Assembly: GCA_963796965.1 (NCBI GenBank)
Contig: CAWCNS010000009.1
Coordinates: 576,001 to 640,000 of the forward strand
Source of the DNA: Calditrichia bacterium
Lineage (GTDB): Bacteria; Calditrichota; Calditrichia; JAJRVZ01
Reading direction: 5' to 3'
DNA length: 64,000 bases
The position numbers and the translations under genes are program-made. Each line of letters opens with the position of its first letter. Positions within the stretch are counted from its first letter, which is position 1. Below are positions 42,402 to 54,543 of the stretch, piece by piece. The notes beneath the pieces are model-generated. The model was not told where the DNA came from and did not search any database. It worked only from the letters and a program-made list of their open reading frames with translations.

Positions 42402-44329
42402 ATGATTGGGAAAACGATATCACATTTCAAGATTCAGAGTGATCTTGGTGAAGGTGGCATGGGCAAAGTCTACCTCGCTCTGGATACTGAGCTTGAACGA
42501 GAGGTAGCCCTAAAATTTCTTCTTCCACATTTGACTGAAAATGAGAAAATTAACTCCCGGTTTAAGCAGGAAGCCCGCACTTTAGCAACGCTGAATCATC
42601 CTAATATAATTACAATCTATGAGGTGGGTGAATTTGAAGGACATTCCTTCATTGCAACTGAGTATGTAAAAGGTCAGAGTCTTGAAACGATATTATTCAA
42701 CAAAACTTTATCTATAAAACAAATACTTGATATTGTGATGCAGCTCTGTGATGGCTTGCATGAAGCACATGCACATGGTGTTATTCATAGGGATATCAAA
42801 CCAGGTAATATTTTTATTGAAAATAACGGGCATGTAAAAATATAGACTTTGGTTTGGCAAAATTAAAGGAAGCCGGAAGAAAAACCTCAACGACGACCAC
42901 TCTTGGTACTTTATATTATTTATCTCCCGAACAGATACAAAATTCTACCGTTGATCAAAGGACTGACATCTTTGCCACAGGGATTCTTTTATATGAAATG
43001 ATCAGTGGACAACTTCCGTTTAGGGGTGATCATGAGGCCGCTGTGATGTATACTATCCTCAATGAAGATCCGGAACCTTTAACCCGTTATAAATCCGGTA
43101 TTTCACCAAACCTTCAAAATATTGTACTTAAAGCCCTTCGCAAAAATCCCGATGTGCGCTATCAGCATATCGATGATCTCTTATCAGACCTGAAGAATGA
43201 GCTGAGCGAAACAGAAACCTCAACAATTTCCATAAAAAAATCTACACAAGAAAAAACAATTCGTAAACTTGCTGCCATCATGTTTACTGATATCTTCAGT
43301 TACTCCCATATGATGGGAAAGGATGAGGAGAAAGCATTTAAACTTCTTGAAGATTACGACGCAATGGTCTCACCACTTATTGAAAAACAAAACGGTCAAA
43401 TTTTAAAGAAAATTGGTGATGGATTTTTCTGTGAATTCTCCTCAGCCCTGGAAGCAGTGGAATGTGCCTTAGATATTCAGAATGCATTAAACGATTATAA
43501 CCTAAATCAGGGAAAAGATTTTCAATTAAAGGTCCGCATTGGCATCCATGTGGGTGATGTTATAAAAAAAGAGAATGATCTGTTTGGTGATGGTGTAAAT
43601 GTTGCAGCAAGAATAGAACCCTTAGCACCTCCCGGCGGTATTTATATTTCTGATACGGCGTACTCGGCTATCAGTAGCCATCCCAAGTTTGAGATAATAG
43701 ATATCGGTCCCAGAACTTTGAAAAATATAAACAAAGCACCTACCTTGTATCAAATAGTCACCGGTTATGAGGACCCAATAGAAAAAGTCAAATCCTCTCA
43801 TATCAAATCTCCCCCAAAAGCAAAAAAGATATCCACTATAAATGACCAGCAACAAAATCAGCGATTTACTTTGCCTAGATTCGCTTGGATTGTCAGTATG
43901 GCAGTTATTATTACAGTTGTAGCCATATGGCTCTCCAACTCATCTAACTCTTCAATTTCAACACCAGGCGAACAGTCAGAAACAAATATTCAAGAAGCTA
44001 TGGGTACTAAATCAAATTACCCTGAGGTTTCTAAATTGCTTGAATCTGAGAAATCTAAAAGATTTGTATCTGACGTTTTAAAAATTGAAGATTCAAACAC
44101 CTTATTAAAATATTTAAAAGAGAATAAAAACCTGGGCAGACTAACCTTTGGGAAAAAAGGTAATTATTCAGAGATAGAGGGTAAGTATGTTATTATCCTT
44201 GACGAACAGCGGATTTATTCTCTTTTGCTGTATCACGATCAAAAATATTTTGATGTCATGGGCAATGATATCTACGATGATCTCTCTGAAAATTTTCGAG
44301 GTAAAAGAGAAATTTGGATTGACTTGTGA
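42402..44329 (+). CDS. Ser/Thr protein kinase fused to class III adenylate/guanylate cyclase, TM helix and extracytoplasmic domain; frameshift at about 42843
   Basis: LGEGGMGKVY, VALKFL, HRDIKPGN, DFG restored by one base, GTLYYLSPEQ; cyclase IMFTD, KIGDG, RIGIHVGD, FGDGVNVAARIE; TM AWIVSMAVIITVVAIWL. Confidence 0.9.
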
Positions 44330-44350
44330 ATATTGAACTAAGGAACCCTT

Positions 44351-45324
44351 ATGAAAACAAAATACAATCTAATGATTATTGTTTTTATTGTGATTTGGCC
44401 AACCATTTTAGCAGCAGTAGAAACTAAAATAATTCTACTTTCGGGTGGTGAGGATCAATACAGAAGAAAAGTTGAGACGGTTCTGACTTCTGTGCTCAAT
44501 GGTGTGAACAATAATCATGATAAGCAGACGCCCCTGAAAACAATTAGTACGTATTTTACGAAAAATGCCTTTGGAGAATTTGCAGAGCTTGTCGAGAAAA
44601 CAAAACTTTATGCGACTCAGAAAGAATACCGGACGTATCTTCTTAAAACTTCAAATGGCAATTTTGAGGTACGAAATATAAAAGTGCGTATATATTTAGG
44701 AGAAACAACAGGCATTCCTTTTCAAAGCCTCGTATTCTCACTGGACTCAACAGGTGTTATTGTGAGTTTAAACTTTGCTGTAGAAGATCATCATTATCAG
44801 GAGATCATCCAGCAGGGCAAACAGCTGGAGGATCTGGCCTACAGAGAAAAAATCCTCCACTTTATAGAATTATATCGAACAGCCTATAATAAAAAAGATC
44901 TTCCCTTTATTGAGAAGACATTATCTGAAGATGCCCTGATCATTGTCGGACATGTGATTGAAGTTCAGAAACAGTCTCATGATTATTTAGGGAGTAGTTA
45001 TCTGGGTGATGAGAAAATCGAATTTATTCGTCTGGGGAAACATGAATATCTGGAAAGATTAAACAAGGTATTCAAAAATAATGATTTTGTTAGAGCCATA
45101 TTTGATGAGATAAATATTCAGCGCCATCCTCAGTTCGAAAAGATTTATGGGGTTCACTCAAACAACGCTGGCAATCATCTTTCTATAGCGATGAAGGATA
45201 TCTTTTTCTCCTGGTAGATTTTATTAATGAAGATGAACCGATTATCCATGTGCGTGCCTGGCAACCTGAAACGTTTACTGATGGTTCTACAATAAGTATT
45301 TATGATTTTGAAATCATTGAGTAG
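44351..45324 (+). CDS. Secreted hypothetical protein, possible NTF2-like domains; frameshift near 45160
   Basis: Signal peptide; ILHFIELYRTAYNKKD, SEDALIIVG; shifted frame QRWQSSFYSDEGYLFLLVDF..IIHVRAWQP to TAG at 45324. Confidence 0.7.
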
Positions 45325-45328
45325 AAAA

Positions 45329-46238
45329 ATGGCGAAAATTTTTGGAAAAATTACTTTCACTACCGTTGTTATCCTGGCAACTATTAATTTTCTTTATGCA
45401 CAAAAATCTAATAGTCCGGGCCTCTATTTTTCCGATTCATTGGGAAACAATACTGTTGAATACTATGATGCCAACAATACCGATTTATTACAGGAAGCGC
45501 TATACCAACGTCTGAAGACACGAATAAACAATCCTGTCTCGGCTGAAAAAGATCCAGTTTCTAAAACCAGATTTCAATTTCTGCAAAAGCTCTCTGAAAT
45601 ACTATCCACAAGCCTCCCTGAATGGAGAGATACTTGTCATTCCCTATCCACAGGGAAAATTTAAAAGCTTAAGTGAAATCCATTATCATCTCCCATCAGA
45701 TTTTTTTAAGGATTCCGGTACCGTTACTGCATTACAACCTGAGATTTTACTCATTCAAGGCTCAGATAAGAGCACACTTATTTTTAATAAGGCTTACACG
45801 TTAGTCTTTTATCGCTCACCGGGGACAAGTTCTGATGCCTTATTTGAAAGTATTCAGGCGATAAAAAAAGTATATAATCTGCTTTTGCCGGGAGCAGAAA
45901 AATCTGGCTCTGGAAAATCAATTTCAATTAAAGGCAGCCTCTTATATAAGGGTTATGAACCTCATACCCATTGGCTCACCTCGCTGAACCAAGTACGTGT
46001 CTTCCTGGATGAACTTGCCGTGGAAGGATCACTTTATTTTTATCCCTCCAGAATTGAAATCCATGAAAATAACATCATGATAAATGGCTTATTATATGTC
46101 ATTAAAAATGATATCTTAAATATTTACCATTTTGCTGATACCACTGTCCTATTCACAAACGCTTCTACGCCTGAATACTCTGAATTCAAAATTAAATTCT
46201 ATCCGTATATAAAAAACTTGCATGTGACGAACGAATAA
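45329..46238 (+). CDS. Secreted hypothetical protein; frameshift near 45660
   Basis: Signal peptide MAKIFGKITFTTVVILATINFLYA; continues in the frame of ORF 45885-46238. Confidence 0.6.
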
Positions 46239-46306
46239 GCAGTTTTGTTATTGCACCTCACTGTAAAACGAACATAGTTCATATAACAATAAACTTTAAC
46301 CGGGGT

Positions 46307-47758
46307 TTGATGATGACTTCTGAAATCCATCGATATACTTTCCCTATTTTGATTTTCTTTTTCTTTTTTAGTACCTCCTTTGCTCAACAAATACTAGATG
46401 AAATGCAATTAAGTGATATTTCCGATCAGCCATCTATAAAATCTTCGGTCATACGGGATCCCAACCAGGCCTTAATAATCGTTAAAACACAGATTTCTGC
46501 TCTACGTATAGAATCAAACAATATCATTATAAAGTCAGAACAGGTGGAACCCGGAACCTGGCATATTCGGGTAGAACCCGGCACACACCGCTTGAGTTTC
46601 CAGGCTGAAGGATTTATCTCCGTTCAGCAAAGATTTTATTTTAATCCAAAAGATGTAAAAGGTGTCCAAATACGCGTTATATCGGCAGCAGAAAAAAAGG
46701 AAGAAAAGAATTCGGGGATCATTGTCATTAAAAGCACCCCGGATAGCGCTGCCGTATATTTAAATGATCAGTTTTATGGCACTACGCCCTATCTTGGTAA
46801 AACCCTGGGCGGACAGTATAAACTGGAATTAAAAAAAGAACCTTTCCATTCCCATATCCAGCAGATCATTATTATTCCCGGGGAGACTTTACCTGTAAAT
46901 GTTGATCTCAGTGCTGATCTCGGCTCTGTAGAAATTATATCTAATCCATCCAACGCCAGAATTGAAATCGATAATCAGTATATTGGCGAGACACCTTTCA
47001 CTTTCAAAAAATTGGCAAAAGGTAAACATGTCATTCAGGTGAGTTTGGAAAATTATGTGCCTTTTGATTCTGAATTTGAGATAAATAAGGATAATCTTAA
47101 TCAGCGATTTAATGTTCTGCTAAAACCAAAGGAATCAATATTAAGCGTAAAGGGTTCGCCCCGGAATGCCCAAATTGAACTTAATGAGAAAAAGGTGGGA
47201 ATTCTTCCCAGCGAAAAGATCAAACTGGCCTTTGGCGCTTATAATCTTACCGTAACCCAGCCAGGTTATTATCAGTATCAAAAAAATATTGTCATCGCTT
47301 CAGGTGATCCCTATGACTTAAATATAGCATTGAGGCCAAAAAGCAAATATTCGGCCCTCTTATACTCCACTTTGCTTCCGGGAAGTGGACAAATTTATTC
47401 TGGAAGACCAACACAAGGTATCATATTGGGTGTGGCATCCCTGGGATGTGCGGCTGTTGCCCTGGTATTTACAAGCGACTATAACGATAAAAATGAGACC
47501 TATATGGATACAAAAGCAATTTACGATAACAATACGGATCTGGGGAAGATGGACGAACTCTATCAGGCCACCCAGGAGAGCTATGGTGAAATGGAAGATG
47601 CCCATAAACAGGCACAGCTCATGTGGGGTATTACGATTGCTGTCTGGTTATATAATATGGCCGATGCCCTTTTCTTTTTTCCGGATATTAGTGGGGTACA
47701 ACTAAAAGCCAATACCCAGGCATCTTCTTCCAAACTGGTTCTGACTATTCAGTTATGA
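46307..47758 (+). CDS. PEGA-repeat protein with C-terminal membrane (DUF5683-like) domain
   Basis: Three PEGA units (IKSTPDSAAVYLNDQFYGTTP; ISNPSNARIEIDNQYIGETP; KGSPRNAQIELN); ALLYSTLLPGSGQIYSG. Confidence 0.85.
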   Translation: MMMTSEIHRYTFPILIFFFFFSTSFAQQILDEMQLSDISDQPSIKSSVIRDPNQALIIVKTQISALRIESNNIIIKSEQVEPGTWHIRVEPGTHRLSFQAEGFISVQQRFYFNPKDVKGVQIRVISAAEKKEEKNSGIIVIKSTPDSAAVYLNDQFYGTTPYLGKTLGGQYKLELKKEPFHSHIQQIIIIPGETLPVNVDLSADLGSVEIISNPSNARIEIDNQYIGETPFTFKKLAKGKHVIQVSLENYVPFDSEFEINKDNLNQRFNVLLKPKESILSVKGSPRNAQIELNEKKVGILPSEKIKLAFGAYNLTVTQPGYYQYQKNIVIASGDPYDLNIALRPKSKYSALLYSTLLPGSGQIYSGRPTQGIILGVASLGCAAVALVFTSDYNDKNETYMDTKAIYDNNTDLGKMDELYQATQESYGEMEDAHKQAQLMWGITIAVWLYNMADALFFFPDISGVQLKANTQASSSKLVLTIQL

Positions 47759-47793
47759 TAAAAAATATAACAAATAGTTTTGGTTTTTATCCA

Positions 47794-47820
47794 GTAGAGA
47801 CGTCCCGCTGGGACGTCTCC
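47794..47820 (+). repeat. GTAG-type REP element
   Basis: GTAGAGACGTCCC-GCT-GGGACGTCTCC. Confidence 0.7.
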
Positions 47821-47873
47821 AATTCAATCAACATCAATTTATATACTATTTATTATTCGAATGGAGATTATCT

Positions 47874-48476
47874 ATGAAACGTATTTATCATATCCCCATT
47901 TTCAATTTATGCTGTCTCCACATATTATTTGTCCTATTATCTGCTTTCTGGTTGAGTAATTGCAGCGAATTACCATCCAAATCAGAAGGACCCGATAATC
48001 CCCTTGATCCAAGAAATCCAGCCAATAAAAACCAAGGGCCGGTTCTGGTTCTTTCTCCAACTCAAATCAATGTAAATAGTGGGAATAATTTTCAATTAGA
48101 ATTATGGATCGTGGGAACCGATTCTATCGCTGGTTTGAGTACCAGAATATCTTATGATCCTCAACAATTGAGTGTTGAAGAAATAGACTCCCTCGTGACA
48201 GCATCCGAATCAATTTTACTACAAAATGGCGGTCAATTGATTTTCTTTAGTAACGTCGATACGGATAGTGGTTTTATTGATATTGATTGCGCCGTTGTTG
48301 AGGGGAAACCTCGTAATATCACAGGATCCGGTATAATAACAAGAATAAATTTTCGACATCTTAGTGGTACAAGTGAAACAAATTTGGAAATTTCAGAAAA
48401 CAGTCTTTTACGTGATGATTCAAATACCGAAGTGGCTCTAGCAGATCGTATTGGCTCGCAGATAAATATTAAATAA
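47874..48476 (+). CDS. Lipoprotein with cohesin-like domain
   Basis: Lipobox LSNC; DNPLDP tether; LSPTQINVNSGNNFQLEL, IAGLSTRISYDP, GSGIITRINF. Confidence 0.75.
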   Translation: MKRIYHIPIFNLCCLHILFVLLSAFWLSNCSELPSKSEGPDNPLDPRNPANKNQGPVLVLSPTQINVNSGNNFQLELWIVGTDSIAGLSTRISYDPQQLSVEEIDSLVTASESILLQNGGQLIFFSNVDTDSGFIDIDCAVVEGKPRNITGSGIITRINFRHLSGTSETNLEISENSLLRDDSNTEVALADRIGSQINIK

Positions 48477-48504
48477 GAACGGTTTTATACGAGAGAGGTG
48501 ACAT

Positions 48505-51500
48505 GTGCAATTATCAAAATCCTTTATCTTCTATATTATTGTACTCTTTTTTTTAATAAAAATAACTCCGGGTCAGACATTTGAAAATATCAGCCTGGTT
48601 GGCAGATGGGCGGAAGGACCCTGTAATGCCGTATCTGTTTCAGGTAATTTCATTTATAAAGGCAGTGGTTCACTTATTTATATTCTAGACATCTCCGGCG
48701 AGGGGGATCCTCTCCCGGTGGGAGAAGTACTCTTACCTAATATCGCAAAACATATTGCCACTTTTGGGAACAGGTTATATTTGATCGATGAAGATGAGAT
48801 CCTCTATGTTTTTGATATATCAAATCCAACCACCCTCTTAGAAACTGGCTCTTTACCTCAGGGATATTTGTTGCTGATATGGTTGCACAGGGAAATTATT
48901 TATATCTGGGAAACAGTAATAACGGTTTAAAAATATTCAATGTTTCTGATCCCACCAATATCAATGAAATAGGAGCGCTTCCCGATCTGGATGTTCGTGA
49001 TTTAGATATAAAAAATTCAAACTTGTTTGTCGCAGCGAATACGAAGTTTAGTATTGTTGATATTTCAGATCCTGCTAATCCATCGGAAATTGCTTTTTTA
49101 TCCTTTAGTGCACATGCCATAACCCTAGGGACGGATTTTGCTTACGTGGCAGGGAATAAAGCATTACGAGTAATTTCAGTTTCTGATCCATCCAATCCGT
49201 TTCAGGCAGGCATTACCAGCTATCAGGGATCTATAGATGCCATAGGATATGCTTATAATTATGTTTTTTTAGATGATTATTTTGATGCCGGAGGATATTA
49301 TTTAAATACAATCCGTGCTTTTTACGTGGGAGATCCGGAAAATCCCGTGGAAACACAGTCTTTTGATATTTCAGGAAATATCAAGGATATTTTTACAAAA
49401 GATGGTTTAGTATATACCGCAGCAGAAAATGCCGGACTGTATATCCTCAATGCTTTTGAATTTGAACAGGTATGGGATTTAGAATATTCTGAACCCTGTG
49501 CCGTAACTGTTGAGGGTAACTATGCCTATGTCGTTCAACGAACCTTTCCCAGCATATTACATATATTTAATATTATAGATCCGGAAAATCCGGTTGAAAT
49601 CGGTTCCTGCACTATCGATAATACCAGCGATTGGTTACAGGGCATAACGGTAAAAGGTCCATATGCCTATGTCGTACAAGGTCAGTCAGGTCTGCATATT
49701 ATCGATATTTCTAATCCCTCTGCACCTAGTAAAATCGGGGAGTTCAGGGATGCGTCTGAATGTCTGGATGTGGCCGTAGAAGGTAACTATGCCTATATCG
49801 CCGGCGCAGATCACGAAACCTGGGAAAAAGGCTTGATGATTGTTGATATCTCCGATCCTGTAAATCCATTTCTTGTCTCTCTCACAGGGAATGCCACTGC
49901 CTATGATGTAGAATTAAAGGATGGATACGCTTTTGTTAGTGGCCGTGATGGATTTCAGATCTTTGATATTTCAGATCCTGCAAATCCTGATTCAGTTAAA
50001 ACGGTAGATGATCCAACACGGGGATATGCTTTAGTCCTTGATGGCACCAAGGCCTATATTTCTACTGATCATGGTCTATATATATATGATATTTCAGATC
50101 CGGAAAATCCATCTGGCTGGGATTTTATGGTTCCGGCTCCTATGATGGTCTTGAGGTAAAAGGTGATATGGCCTATCGCGCTGCTTATGATGGCCGTTTT
50201 GAAGTTTTTGATGTTTCAGATCCCAACAATATTACTGAATTTGACAATCCAAGAATGACATTCCCTTACTATACCGTAAAATTTATGGCACTTAAGGGAG
50301 ATTATTTATACTGTGCGGGGGAAAGTGATTTCCGTATTTTCAGAACCCTTAACATCACTGAGCGATATCATCACGCTTCAGCAGATTATACAAAAAATAT
50401 TACCACTTCCGGCAATTTTGCCTTTGTAGCCAATGAACAAAACGGGCTTTACATTCTGGATATAAGCAATCCCGCCAATCCTGACCAGCATGGGTATCTT
50501 GATACCCCGGGTAGTGCAAGTAATGTGGACGTTTATGGGAACTTAGCTGGTGTTGCTGATAATAATGAAGGTTTGCGCATCATCGATATTTCTGATCCTG
50601 CCTCTCCCTATGAAATAAGTACAGCTGATACCATTGCCTATAATATTGAACTCGTTGATAACCGTGCTTATATAGCTGGGGAAGAAGGCATGCATATCGT
50701 AGATCTCTCAAATCCTGCTTCTCCCCAGGAAATAGGATTCTTTAATGCCTATGGACGGGTTTCTGATATTGTCGTTATGGATGATGTTGCCTACCTATGT
50801 GGAGGATCCAGTAATAATTACTTTGTTATTGTTGATATTTCTGATCCCGGAAATCCGGTTGAAGTAAATCGTCATCTCAATAGCGGGCGAAATTTAAGTG
50901 TAAATGGTGGTTATGCTTACCTTGCCGAAGGCTGGTATGGATTTACGATTTTGGATATAAACGATCCCTATAATATCGTTGAAGTGGGGGATTTCCCGAA
51001 TAAAGTCCAGGATGTTATTGTTATTGGAGATTATGCTTGCATTACCGAAGGCTCAGATGGCTTACGGATATGGAACATTTCTGCCCCGCAAGCACCCGTT
51101 GAAGAAGGATATACCAATATAGGGCAAAATCTATCAGGTATAAGCCTGAATGCAGGCCATATCTACGTCGCTGATGGCGAGAATGGCTTGTATGTATTTA
51201 AAGAAGAAATACCACCCGAAAAACCGATAGATCTGCAAGCGGGAGGATCTTCACCCAGCCCCTGGCAAGCTTCACCGATTTTTGAAGTCGATTGGACCAA
51301 CCCGGGGGACTTATCAGGCATCCGCAATGCTAAATTTAAATTGGGATCTCCCCCGGGAAGTAATGATGACTTTGAGGAGATGGTGGGAGGTGAGCCCCCT
51401 TATAATATTGAAGTTTCTGAAGAAGGGATCCATCCTTTATATTTATGGGTGGTTGACAGTGCGGGCAATGAAAATTTTGCTAACTATAATACCGTGAATT

Positions 51501-54446
51501 TAAGATATGACGGCTCCTGTGCCTCGCCAACTAATTTTAGGGACATTAATGAACTCGAAACGGATGTCTGGCAAAACAGTAAAAATAATGCGATCATTTC
51601 CTGGGATGCACCTTCCGATCCGGCGGGAATTGAAAAATACTATCTTTATCTTGGATCGGATCCATCCGGTACCTCCCCTTCAGATTCAACCACGGCAACC
51701 AATTCTGACGTGTCTTTTTCCGAAGGTGTCACTTATTTCCGCATTCAGGCCAAAGATAATTTAGGTAACCCTAGCGACTGGATGACCGGTTTTATTTTCA
51801 AATATGACAAGACAATCCCCAAGGGTGCACAGGCCTCTGTTGCCGATTCATCGGCCGGCAGTTTTGTCGTCTCCTGGTCTACCGGCAGCGATGAAGGAGG
51901 GTCCGGTTTAAGCGGTATCTATGATGTCCGGTATAAAGAGGGTGAAGGTGAATGGTCGGACTGGCTGACCGATTATAACGGCGACAATGCCGTTTTTACA
52001 GATGGAGCAGGCGGACAAACCTATTATTTTGAAGCGGCTGCCCGGGATAGTGCGGGAAATGCTGAGCAATTCACCGAACAGGCCGAATGTTCCACTTTTG
52101 TCAGTTCACATCTGGGTACTGCTATAACCAATTTATCCGGCGAACAATCCGGTTCTATAGAAATTCATTATACAATCTCAAATTCAGACAGTACCTCAAC
52201 TGATATCAAATGTGAATATTCATTGTCGACAAGAGAATGTCTGGGATTTAGTCACTATCACTGGAAAAACAACCAATATATTGCCGGCAAGTTATAGTGG
52301 TAGTGTCTTTTGGGATTCAGATACCGATGCACCCGGAATTGACCGTAGTTTTGCTCAATTTAGAATCACACCTATTGATATAAAAGGAAAAGGTATCGCT
52401 GCTATAACGTCTCCCTTCCATCTGGATAACAACCAATCCCCCACTATTGTAATTGATCCTCTTGCGGAAGAACAAAGTGAAGATATTTTGATTTCCTTTC
52501 ATCTTTCTGATTCTGAAAATGACACCCTGTCTATCAGAGGTGAATATTTTCATCAAGGAAGTCAGATCTGGCTGGATGCCACCTTGATTGGCGCAACTGA
52601 GCATCTTATCGATACGGATAATCAGGTCACATGGCAATCAGGCATCGATCTAAACACGGCCCTTGGTAATTACCAAATCAGGATCCGCCCCTATGATAAT
52701 GATCACGGAACAAGTGATACTTTAAGTATATTTATTGATAATGTCGGTGCTCCGGATATTTTATCCATGACGGAACTTACGGAAGAACAGAGCGGAGATA
52801 TCACGATTAATTATATTCTTGCTGATAATGAAAGGCAAACCATTAATCTGATCTGTGAATATTCTCAAGATTCTGGCAAAACGTGGTCCTTAGCTTCTGC
52901 ATCTGGGAGTGTCACCGGTATTTCATTCAGTGAATATGCCGGTTCGCTAATCTGGCATTCATCTACCGATCTTCCCGGTGTTGACAAAACCACTGTACAA
53001 TTCCGAATCACGGCTACAGACGGTAATGCCGGACGGCCAAGAGAAACGTCTGAATTTCATCTGGATAATAATCTTCCACCAACACTTCAGATTGGTCCAC
53101 TTAGGTCAGTACTATCCGGAAATATTGAGATTCCCATAACGATTGATGACACAGAAAATGATACCATATCCGTAATAGGACAGTATAGAAAAGAAAACGA
53201 AAACTGGCAGTGGATGACATCAAGTTCCCTATCGCAGATCATACCCTCTCAGTATACCAATGCGTTTTTTTGGGATAGTAACAGTGATCTGGGAATTGGG
53301 AAATATTCACAGGTACAACTGCAGACTTTTGCTAAGGATGCTGATAGGGGGGTATCAACAGTAACAGACACCTTCAAAATCAAGAATTTTGCTGGTGATT
53401 TCAGTGGTGATATCTCGGTTGACTCCGAAGATCTGCAACCTTTTGCTCTAGCCTGGCGAAAGCAGGATCTTAGTAAAGAGATAGGTCCGGCCAGCGGTGA
53501 GCCACCAGATCTTATTCCGGATCCGGATGGTATCATCGATTTTGAAGACTTGATAGTGTTAGTACAACAATGGAACTGCAGTTTTGACGGAAATCTAAGT
53601 AAACTGACAGTTGAAAGAGATTTTCAGACGACGGCAACTGAAATCACCCTAAAAACTGATGATCAGCAGAAACATATTTTATTAAACCTTGACAAAAATT
53701 TTCAAACACCTAAGCATATGACTCTTCCATCAGTCCAGACAGGCCTGATAAAAATGGCACAATCCGAATATGACAAATGGTCTAATAAATTTGCCGATGA
53801 ATTAAATTTAGATCTGGATACCACCGCTTCTATTCTGGGCTTTCAGATTGTTCTCGACTATGATCCAAAGATTTTTACACTATCAGGTATAAATTCCAAA
53901 ATATTTGATGAGCAAGATGGTATTCTTTTTAAGACTGATGATAGTGAGAATAACCACATTCTGATAGATGCTTTTGTATTGGAATCTGAAAAAAATTTGA
54001 CTGAGATCGATGGTGAATTTTTAACGATCAACATTAAAGCGCTTCAAGAAAAAAGAATAACATCAAATTTTTCCTGGATAATTTATCAGGAAGACGGAAC
54101 TATTCTCAGCCAGGGCCAATCCGAAATAGATCTTGAGACTCATCGATCTGTTCCCCAAACTTTCTCGCTATATCAGAATTTTCCTAATCCCTTTAATCCC
54201 TCAACGACCATTCGCTATCAACTACCTGATGGAGGCAAAGTCCAGCTTACGATCTTTAATATTCTCGGGGAGAAAGTACAGACACTTGTTAACGAGAATC
54301 AAAAAGCCGGCTATTATAACTACCTATGGGATGTATCGCAAAGTAAAAGCTCTATCGCCAGCGGAATCTACTTTGTTCAATTATTGGTCAAAGGCAATGA
54401 TGGAAACCGATATATAGATCATAAAAAACTTATGTTTTTGAAATAG
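48505..54446 (+). CDS. Giant secreted LVIVD-repeat protein 1 (about 1980 aa) with Fn3/Ig-like modules, dockerin-like and cohesin-like modules and C-terminal sorting domain; frameshifts near 48870, 50120, 52230
   Basis: Many 'GnyAYvA..GLxIxDISdPxNP' repeats across ORFs 48505, 48879 and 50168; ORF 52212 carries GDFSGDISVDSEDL, PDGIIDFEDL and LYQNFPNPFNPSTTIRYQLP. Confidence 0.85.
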
Positions 54447-54543
54447 AATTTATGACTTATTGTCGCTATCATATAATGAAATTGCTGTTTCAATAAAAGA
54501 TATATATCTAAAGAAAAATCTTATCAATCCCAAGGGAGTGTTT

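Noticed and set aside
42838..42856. Amber read-through in the Ser/Thr kinase
   Set aside because: Adding one base restores ILDFGLAK; this is a frameshift, not an in-frame stop
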